Part shown: positions 20,413-28,800 of the stretch, piece after piece
Numbering within the stretch: the stretch's first letter is position 1
Layout: every line of letters starts with the position of its first letter
NCBI GenBank assembly: GCA_965222375.1
Contig: CBDCTZ010000016.1
Location: forward strand, 2,112,001-2,176,000
DNA: 64,000 bases
From: Polyangiaceae bacterium
GTDB taxonomy: Bacteria > Myxococcota_A > Polyangia > Polyangiales > Polyangiaceae
Reading direction: 5' to 3'
The notes under the pieces: generated by a model
Databases searched by the model: none
What the model was told of the DNA's origin: nothing
What the model saw: the letters and a program-made list of their open reading frames with translations, nothing else
Translations under genes and position numbers: made by a program

Positions 20413-20559
20413 GCAACCCCCCGGTTGCAGTTCGTTGCATAGCGTACGGAGCTCCAAATGGGCCAGTTTTGTCGAGGACTCCAGGACATGTGTCCATGCG
20501 TCCGAGAGGGCGCCAGGGTGTGAATATTCTGCAACAAAACCGGCCCCAACGCCGGTTTT
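20413..20559. promoter_or_regulatory. Divergent intergenic region with two inverted repeats (candidate operators)
   Basis: GCAACC-n4-GGTTGC (20413-20428) and AAAACCGGC-n6-GCCGGTTTT (20536-20559). Confidence 0.4.
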
Positions 20560-20622
20560 CGAGCACCGTCGGGAGACCTTGCTGGGTCCTGTATTAGGTC
20601 ACACAGTCTCGGTGTCGAGGCC

Positions 20623-21204
20623 ATGAGCGAACTTCTGCAAACTTGGGGTGAGCGCGCTCGCGGGGCGCTGCCACGCGCGCTTGGCCAGCCCGACACGGCT
20701 CCGATTTCCGAACGCTTGGCCTGGCTTGCAGTGACGGTCGGTGTGTTCGCCCTGGCGGTGGTCATCGCGCGCCGTAGGGCTCAGCCGGCTGCCTCGGCTT
20801 CTCCGTCCAAAGGGGCGTTGCTCGGTCGTGGCGGCGTGGGTCGCAACGCATTCGCCGGTGGTGTTGCAACTGCCACGGATTTCGCCCTTGCTTTCGCTCT
20901 CGTTCAGCTAGCCATTGCGCCTGCGGCTATCGCCACTCTGGCGGGCTGCGCCCTCGGTGCGGTCGTGAACTTCAGCATGAATCGCAAATGGACGTTTGGC
21001 AGCAACGGTCCACCCAGCCGCGAAGCCTGGCGCTACTTGCTGGTCACGACTTCCAGTGCACTGTTCAATGCTGCGCTGGTGCACGTGCTGCTCTTGCCTG
21101 GAGCGCCCTTCGTGCTGTGCTGGCTGGTAGCGCGCGCTGCGGTGTTCCTGGGCTGGAACTACCCGCTGCATCGCGACTACGTTTTCGTCCGCGAACCTGG
21201 TTGA
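20623..21204 (+). CDS. GtrA-family membrane protein (putative flippase)
   Basis: GGVATATDF, VVNFSMNRKWTF and WNYPLHRDYVF motifs. Confidence 0.85.
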   Translation: MSELLQTWGERARGALPRALGQPDTAPISERLAWLAVTVGVFALAVVIARRRAQPAASASPSKGALLGRGGVGRNAFAGGVATATDFALAFALVQLAIAPAAIATLAGCALGAVVNFSMNRKWTFGSNGPPSREAWRYLLVTTSSALFNAALVHVLLLPGAPFVLCWLVARAAVFLGWNYPLHRDYVFVREPG

Positions 21205-21392
21205 CGCGGATCATCGTTGGCTTTTTTGGGGGCGACCTGCCTTGCGCCGTCCGACCAGGCGTGGCGTGGGCTTGGCGTTGGCGCTCCAATTCTCCCCGTT
21301 CTCCTCGGCGCCCGGCCTCGAGAGATTCGATTGCGCGTGACAGACGAAGCTTCGTGCACGAGGATGCCGCCGCTTCTCTTCCGGAGACCCTG

Positions 21393-22802
21393 GTGTCCAA
21401 GCTCAGCCTCGTCGCGCTCAGTGCCCTCTGCCTGCTCGCCCCATCGACCGCGCATGCGTCGGCGGGCAAGGCAGAGCTAGCGCGCAGCCTGCCGATGTGG
21501 AGCGTGGTGCCTTTCGTGGTGCTTCTGTTGTGCATCGCGGTGCTGCCGCTCGCTACGCCGCATTGGTGGGACAAGAACCGCAACAAGGGCATCGTTGCGC
21601 TGGCCTGTGGCATCGCGCCGGGGATCTACTTCGCGGTTCAGGCCCCGGGGATCTTGCTGCACACAGGGCTCGAGTACTTCTCGTTCCTGACTCTGCTTTT
21701 CAGCTTGTTCGTCATCAGTGGCGGGATCTTCATCTCTGGTGACATCCGCGCCACTCCCAAGGTCAATACCCTGTTCTTGCTGATCGGAGCGGTGCTCGCC
21801 AATTTCGTGGGAACGACAGGCGCGGCGATGTTGCTGATACGCCCGCTGTTGCGCACCAACAGCGAGCGCAAGAACATCCGGCACATTCCCGTATTCTTCA
21901 TCTTCGTTGTGGCCAACGTCGGCGGTTGCTTGTTGCCGATCGGGGATCCGCCGCTTTTCCTGGGTTTCCTTCGGGGCGTGCCCTTTTTCTGGACTCTGAG
22001 CCTCGTGGCCCCCTGGGCCATGGCGATTGGTCTGATTCTGGCGGTCTTCTACGTGATGGACTCGATCGCCTATTCCGGCGAGGCCGCCAAAGACCTGGCT
22101 CTCGACTCCGCGCAGATCCATCCGATTCGTCTGCACGGCAAGCGAAGTATTCCGCTGCTGATGGGTGTGGTCGTGGCGGTAGCTACGCTGCCCTCCACTC
22201 ACCTGCCTGCGACCCACTGGTACGGCTACGTACCCTGGCGGGAAGTTGTGATGCTGATCCTGGCAGGGATTTCTCTCGGCGTGGCGCCGGTAACCAAGCA
22301 GGAGCGAGCCGAGGCTCCGAGGCTTAACCCCCGCACGGCGAATCAGTTTTCGTTCCACGCGATCGAGGAGGTGGCCGTGCTCTTTGCCGGCATCTTCGCG
22401 GCAATGATCCCCGCCTTGATGATCTTGGAAGCTCGAGGTGGCGAGTTGCCAGTTCGGGAGCCGTGGCAGTTCTTTTTCGCCACCGGCGTGCTGTCCGGCT
22501 TTCTGGACAACGCACCAACCTATTTGACGTTCCTGGCGCTCGCTCAAGGGCAAGGAGTCGGCGGTCCCGATGCAATAGTGGGCGTTCGCCCCGACGTGCT
22601 GCAGGGGATTTCTCTCGGTGCGGTCTTCATGGGCGCGATGACCTATATCGGCAACGCGCCAAACTTCATGGTCAAGAGCATTTCCGATGGTGCTGGCGTG
22701 AAGTGCCCGAGTTTCGGTGCCTACCTGGTCTGGGCCTGCGTCATCCTGCTGCCGATCTTCGTCGCCGTGAACTTCGTGTTCTTGGGGCTCAAGGCCTTCT
22801 GA
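21393..22802 (+). CDS. Putative sodium:proton antiporter (IT superfamily)
   Basis: ~12 TM helices; GTTGAAML, GDPPLFLG, LDNAPTY and YIGNAPNFMVK motifs. GGAG RBS before GTG 21393. Confidence 0.8.
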   Translation: MSKLSLVALSALCLLAPSTAHASAGKAELARSLPMWSVVPFVVLLLCIAVLPLATPHWWDKNRNKGIVALACGIAPGIYFAVQAPGILLHTGLEYFSFLTLLFSLFVISGGIFISGDIRATPKVNTLFLLIGAVLANFVGTTGAAMLLIRPLLRTNSERKNIRHIPVFFIFVVANVGGCLLPIGDPPLFLGFLRGVPFFWTLSLVAPWAMAIGLILAVFYVMDSIAYSGEAAKDLALDSAQIHPIRLHGKRSIPLLMGVVVAVATLPSTHLPATHWYGYVPWREVVMLILAGISLGVAPVTKQERAEAPRLNPRTANQFSFHAIEEVAVLFAGIFAAMIPALMILEARGGELPVREPWQFFFATGVLSGFLDNAPTYLTFLALAQGQGVGGPDAIVGVRPDVLQGISLGAVFMGAMTYIGNAPNFMVKSISDGAGVKCPSFGAYLVWACVILLPIFVAVNFVFLGLKAF

Positions 22803-23052
22803 CTGCGCTGCGCCCGCGGCGCTCCTCCTCCGTGCCATGACCGGCCTCAGGGGGGGCCGGGCCCCCTGGCGTGCGCCCTCTGGGCCGCATGTCGAGCCCC
22901 TGCGGGCGGGGTGGGTGCGCGGAATCATCCAGGTTTTTCGTTTCACTGACGATGCCGTCATTGAGAGATCTGCGCGGGCGTTCACGTGGCCAGACCGACC
23001 TCGGCTGGGGGCAAGGTGTCCGCGGGGCATTGGTGCTATTGTTTGCCCCGTC

Positions 23053-24177
23053 ATGAGATTGGGTCGCTGGCTACGTTCGGGTTTCATCACTCTCTCGTTG
23101 GGCTTGCTGGCAGGCAGCGCCCTGCAGTGCTCCGCGGACAGCGGCTCGGGAGGTGGCGGCGGGTTCGGGGCCAAAGGCTCCGGGGGCAACGGCGCCAGCG
23201 CCGCCAACGGCGGAACGTCGGGGGATGCGGGGACCATTCTGATCGATGGTTCTGCGCCGGACTACGGCGCAGATGCCTTCTTCGCAAACGATCCGTTGCC
23301 GCCGGACTGCAGCGACGCGGGCGCGAAACCCATCGTTCCCGGTGGGACGCCCGAGTGTCCCGATGACAAGAACCTGCAGGGCTGCCCGTGCGGCCCCGAG
23401 GGCACGACGGCTCCTTGTTGGCCCGGCAAACGCAAGAACCGCAATCGGGGTCTGTGCAAAGACGGGATGACCACGTGCATCAACACCGGCGAGCTGAACC
23501 TGGCTTGGGGGCCGTGCGAAGGCTTCCAAGGCGTCGCGCCGCCGACCTTCGAGCCGGCACCCGGCGCGACCGGCGCCTCAGCCTGCAAGTGTTTCAGCGG
23601 TGGCTATTGGGATGTCAAGAACACCAGCCCTTGCTTCTACACCCAGGGCGCGACCGTCATTGGCGGCGTCTCCACCATTTTGGATCCCGGCGGCGCTCGT
23701 TGCCCAACCCAGACTGAAATCGACTTCCCCTCCGGCAAAGCACCCGCGCAGCCGTTCTCTCCAAACACGCTGCGGGTGGATTGCAACGGCTACTTCAAGC
23801 TCTGCTTCACGATCAAGGCGCTATCCGCCTCCGGTGCGGCGAAGAATTCCGCTTCTGACTGCGCTGTGACGCAAGTCTGCACCGAGGCCTATTACGGCAT
23901 GGCGGGCAAGGGGCCGAATGGTAGCGATGGCGACCAAGCCATGCCGGACTTGCCGAGTTGGATCACCCAGGGCGCCGCAGAAACAGCCTGTGCCGCGAAG
24001 TTCTACGCCAACGGCGGCTACGGCGAGTTCTCCGTGTCTGGAACGAGCGACGAATGTGACCAGGTCGACAAGATCTTCCAGACCTTCGACTACTGCCCCT
24101 TCAAGTGCAATGACCCGGCGAACAAGAGTTTGCCGGAGTGTGTGAACTGCACGACCGGTAGCGGCGCGCCGTTCTGA
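23053..24177 (+). CDS. Cys-rich secreted/lipoprotein of unknown function
   Basis: Signal ending ALQC, Gly-rich linker and about 20 Cys. Confidence 0.8.
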   Translation: MRLGRWLRSGFITLSLGLLAGSALQCSADSGSGGGGGFGAKGSGGNGASAANGGTSGDAGTILIDGSAPDYGADAFFANDPLPPDCSDAGAKPIVPGGTPECPDDKNLQGCPCGPEGTTAPCWPGKRKNRNRGLCKDGMTTCINTGELNLAWGPCEGFQGVAPPTFEPAPGATGASACKCFSGGYWDVKNTSPCFYTQGATVIGGVSTILDPGGARCPTQTEIDFPSGKAPAQPFSPNTLRVDCNGYFKLCFTIKALSASGAAKNSASDCAVTQVCTEAYYGMAGKGPNGSDGDQAMPDLPSWITQGAAETACAAKFYANGGYGEFSVSGTSDECDQVDKIFQTFDYCPFKCNDPANKSLPECVNCTTGSGAPF

Positions 24178-24180
24178 TCG

Positions 24181-25815
24181 TCAGGGCGTGCCGAAGGGCA
24201 TCCAGATGCCCAACGGCAGGTTGCGCTGGGCTTCGGCGACAACGGATCCGTCTCGGAGGATCTGCAGCGCGTCAGGGCGAACCTGCAGCTGACCCGGGCA
24301 GGCAAGCACGCGTGCCAGCTCCACGAGCCAAGCTGGTGCGCCTTTTGGAGTTCCGACCTTGCGCTCGGTGTCGTTGAGGCGCTCTACACGAATGAAGGCG
24401 TCGTCATCGAAGAAGAAAACCGGCGCGGCCAGGCGCTTGCGCAGGTCTTGATAGCTTGTGGGTTCTGCGGCCTCGAGCAAGGTCAAGACTCGGTTGGCAT
24501 CTCGCTCCGCGTGGGCACAGGCGTAGCTGCACGGGAAGAAGGGAATGACTCGCACGCCGCAGTTGTTCAGCGCCCACGGCCACGGACCCTCAGGCGACGT
24601 GCGCAGTGCCGTGGTGTAGCGAGAGCGTGTGTCATCGCCACGGTCGTGCTGGCGTGAAAAGGCCTCCACGCAGCAGCTGGGATAGCCCAAGAGAGAGCCG
24701 ATTGCCCGCAAGTGTGCGTCAGGATCCGGCGCGCTGCGCATGGCGACCAACTGGTGGAGATCTTCTTCGCTCCGCGCGGCCAGCCACAGTTTGCCGCCCT
24801 CATGGGGTAGGGATAGGGAGTGGGGAAATCGGTGCGCTAGTTCTTGCGCTTCGACATCAGGGACCGCCAGGATGACTGCGGGTTTCTGTCCCTCGGTGAA
24901 AGCCATGAGCTCCAGGCGGGATGCACCTGCTGGGTCTTCTAGGTCGTCGACGGCGTCGGCTTGGGCGAGGGTTCCCGACACTTGCCAGGCGCCCGCGGCG
25001 TCGGGCCAGTGGTTCGCCGAGCCGCGCAGGAACTCGAACGCTGATGGCGGCGGAGGAAGCTCGTGCAAGCGGGCCTCCACCTCGTCGATGCCCACAGGCG
25101 GAAGCATGGGGTCCGGAGACTCTATCAACGGTGCTAGCGCAAAGGCGGCGGCAGGGGGCAAGGCGAGCTGTCGCGTCTTCGGCTGGCCGCGCCCATGAAG
25201 AATGCGCACTTCTTGCCCGTTTTCAACTCGCACTTCCACGCTGGATCGAAGTCCACGCGCTCTAATGCGCAGTGCGGAGCCGCCCGCTGACGCTTCCAAA
25301 CACACTTCTTGGAGTGGTGGACTCTCGAGCTGCAGGCGTGCGCGGCTATCGCCTTCGAAGAAAAGGTCGCGAACCGATGCTTCATGGCCGAGGCGCGCGA
25401 GCACGCACATCCCCAAGCGCACGACCTCGCTGAGGTCTTCGCTATGACCGTCCGCGCTGCCCCGCAGCGTGAGGTGCAGCTCGGTTGCCGCGCTCAAGTG
25501 CTTCGCGAGCCAGCCAACTCCGGGCACTGCATCGAAGTCCGGCGCCCGGGAAAAGCCTGCCGGCAGCGAGGCGCCCGCCGGCGCACTGACCACGCCCGTC
25601 GCGCCCAATCCGCTGGCCGTTTCGGCCAGCCAGTGACCCAGGGCGCCACCGATGGCGATGGCAACTTGCGTGCTGGGGGACGCGGCTATCGCGCTCTTGA
25701 TGGCGGCAGGGCTGGCGGCGGCCCGGCGCACTTCCGCGATAGCTGGCGACTGACGAAGAGCTGCGGCCCAGGCATTTGCCCGCTTCGTATCGCCCACGAC
25801 GAGAACCGCACTCAC
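24181..25815 (-). CDS. Two-domain protein: degenerate Gfo/Idh/MocA-like N-terminus plus DUF483-like C-terminus
   Basis: C-terminal IGSLLGYPSCCVEAF and PFFPCSYAC resemble DUF483; the N-terminus begins with a Rossmann-like strand (AVLVVGD). GTG 25815 preferred as start. Confidence 0.6.
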   Translation of the reverse strand: MSAVLVVGDTKRANAWAAALRQSPAIAEVRRAAASPAAIKSAIAASPSTQVAIAIGGALGHWLAETASGLGATGVVSAPAGASLPAGFSRAPDFDAVPGVGWLAKHLSAATELHLTLRGSADGHSEDLSEVVRLGMCVLARLGHEASVRDLFFEGDSRARLQLESPPLQEVCLEASAGGSALRIRARGLRSSVEVRVENGQEVRILHGRGQPKTRQLALPPAAAFALAPLIESPDPMLPPVGIDEVEARLHELPPPPSAFEFLRGSANHWPDAAGAWQVSGTLAQADAVDDLEDPAGASRLELMAFTEGQKPAVILAVPDVEAQELAHRFPHSLSLPHEGGKLWLAARSEEDLHQLVAMRSAPDPDAHLRAIGSLLGYPSCCVEAFSRQHDRGDDTRSRYTTALRTSPEGPWPWALNNCGVRVIPFFPCSYACAHAERDANRVLTLLEAAEPTSYQDLRKRLAAPVFFFDDDAFIRVERLNDTERKVGTPKGAPAWLVELARVLACPGQLQVRPDALQILRDGSVVAEAQRNLPLGIWMPFGTP

Positions 25816-25821
25816 GGGAGC

Positions 25822-25829
25822 AGTATACT
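25822..25829. promoter_or_regulatory. Palindromic bidirectional -10 element (AGTATACT)
   Basis: TATACT reads on both strands, each 6 nt upstream of an in-frame GTG (25836 on +, 25815 on -). Confidence 0.7.
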
Positions 25830-25835
25830 CGGCAG

Positions 25836-28800
25836 GTGGCAGCTCCGCCCTCGACGCGGCTCGCGATTCTGAGCCTGCACAGTCATGGGGATCGCTCATA
25901 TCTAGGCGACCGCGAGTTGTGCGTGCTCTCCGGGGAGCTTCGTGCTGAGGGCGTCGACAACGACATCATCGCTGCTGTGATCGACCCCGCGGCTCCCGAT
26001 GCCGCTTTGAGCGCTTTGTCTCAGGCGCTGCAGTCGTATCCCGTCGTGCTGTACCAACGCGTTTTCAGCCAAGCCGTGGCCGAAGCGTTGCGCAGGATCC
26101 TACCGCGGCACACTTTGATTGCCGTTCGCGGGGAGCATGCTTTCGAGCCCCCCGCTGACCACGTGCTCGCGGCCCCCGCCACGGATCTGGTGCTGAATTT
26201 GCTGAAGCATGTGACTGACGCTGAGATGGCCGCACCGGGTCGGAGCTCCGGGGCCGCGCTCTTGCCCGAAAGCCGGCCGGTGCCGCCCGAGCAGCGCGCC
26301 TTCACACCGAATCTGGACCCGATTTGGATCGGGCCCAAGCCCGAGCAATCTGACTTCTTTGTCTTACATGGCAACGCCGGCTGCCCCTACCAGAACGACG
26401 CCCGGGACAACGAGCACTTCTCTGGCGTCGAATTGCCTCGGGGAGTGGGGCGAGGCTGTGGGTTCTGTGCCGCGGGCAATCGCTACGAAGCCTTGCCCCT
26501 GGAAGCCGTGCTCGAGCGAGTCCTCGAGCAGGTGCGCTACCTGCGCCGGCATGCGCCGAGCATCGAGCGACTGGTGCTCAAGGACCAGAACCCCTTCGCC
26601 TACTTGGAACAACTGTTCGATCGGGCCATGGGTGACAACCTGGCGCCGTTTACCCTCTTGCTCGAGACGCGCGCGGATTGGTTTCTCCGCGCGCAGGCGC
26701 GCGTCGAGCGCATCCTGAAGCGGCTTCGCGGAACGCGATTTCGCTTGGCGCCATACCTCGTCGGGATCGAGAACTTCTCCCCAGTCGAACTTGCCCGTAT
26801 GAACAAGGGACTCGACGTCGAGACCCATGTCGAGTTCCTGGCCTGGCTGCGCAAGATGGTCGCACGCTACCCGGACGTGCTGGATTTGTCTCATTCAGCC
26901 TTTGGTTTCGTGCTGCTCACACCTTGGACCACGCGCCGGGACTTGGAGCTCAATCTGGATGGGATCCAGCGCACGCGCTTGCACGAGCTGCGCGGCGAGC
27001 TGCTGCTCTCCCGAGTACGACTGTACCCGGACAATGCGCTGTACTATCTCGCCCAACGTGACGGATTGCTCACGGATGCCTTCGACGAAGACAGCGAGGA
27101 TGCGTCCAAGCGTTACGGCTACTTTCCGGCGACGCCTTGGCGTTTTCGCGATCCCTATGTCGCGCGGTTTTCTCGCCTCGCAGGAGAGGCGCACGTTGCC
27201 ATAGCTGGACGGGACGAACCCAAACTATTCGCCGCGCTGCTGGATGCCCTCGATGCGCGAACGGAACCGGAGACGGTGACGGTGTCCGACGTGCTGGCGT
27301 GCATGCGTTCGGCCCAACCCGCAGCGGGTGGCATCGCAGCTGGCCGCACGGTGCAGGCGCACGTGCCCGGTGGTTGTCGCTTGTCCTGCCCGGTCTGCGA
27401 CTGCGAGGACGCGCCCGGTCGCCCCAAGCCGAAAGATGCGATGCGCGCCGGCGGGAGCCGAGTGGAGCTGCGTGGCGGCACGGAGCCGGGAGATGGCCTC
27501 GCAGACGTGATCGCGGCGGCCCGGGACAGCGGCTTTTCCGAGGTCGTCGTTCGCACGCCAGCGCTTTCTTATGCCGAACCCGATTCCGCCGACTGGCTCG
27601 CGTCCGCGGGGGCCGACTCTGTCCTCGTGCCTGTGTTCTCCCACCGCGCGGACATGCACGACCGCATCAGTGGGCGTCGCGGCAGTCTGGTGCGCAGCTT
27701 GGCGGGCATGCGAGCGCTGGACCGTGCTGGGGTCGGCATCGAGGTCGAGATCCCGCTCTTGGCCCCCACACTCTCGCATCTGGGACGTATCCTCGATTTG
27801 CTCGAGCGTGCTGTCACCCGGGTTCGTGGCGTGCACTTTCATCTGCCCGACGACCGCCGGGCGCGGGCCCTTCTGCCGCAGCTGACTCAGGTTGCTGCGC
27901 ATCTGCCGCCGCTACTGACGCACCTCAAGGCGTCGCATACTGCCGTTAGCATCATTCCGTCCGCTGGCGTGCCGCTGTGCGCTGTGCACCCTCACAGCGA
28001 GCTGCTCGACTTGTTCGCGAAGCAAACCGCCGCCACGGATGGACTGTTGCGACCCTGCCGAGAGTGCACCCTGGCGGATGGCTGTGCTGGACCGAACTCC
28101 AACTACCGACAAACCCACGGCAGCAATGGGCTCATTCCCTTCCAACAGGTCACGGGCGGCGCCAGGCGCCAGCTACGGCGGCGCAGCGCACGGCTCGGCG
28201 GTGGCCCCGAGCTTTTCGTGATTCGGCCCACCGTGCACTGCAACCAAGATTGCGGTTTCTGCAGCGCTAACCAAACCAGCAAGAACGCTTACGAAGATCC
28301 GCGCAGCGTGATGCGTGCGATCGTTCGCGCCGCAGGGCGCGGTGTTCCGCACCTATCGTTCAGCGGCGGTGAACCCACCCTGTCCAAAGAACTCGTCGAC
28401 TACATTCGTCTGGCCCGCCGCCTGGGCATTCCCAAGATCGAGATCGTCACCAACGGGGTGCTCCTGGATCGACAAGATAGAGTGCAGCGCCTCGTCGACG
28501 CGGGGCTCAGCCATGCCTTCGTGTCCCTGCACGCTGATTCGGAGCGGGTCTCCCGTGCCTTGACGCGCAAAGATGGAGACTTCGATCGCACCTGCCGCGC
28601 CATCGAGCAGCTTTCGAAGCGAGGAGTTCGCACTGCAGTCAATCACGTGATTACGGCGCCGAGCTGCCAGCGCCTCGAGCAGTTCGTACAGTTCGTGGCG
28701 GGGCGTTTCGGCAGCCAGGTGATGCTCTCTTTCGCTTTCCTGACCCCGGAATACCGCGCCCTGGACAATCTCTCGCTCATGCCTCGTTATGCCGAGGTCT

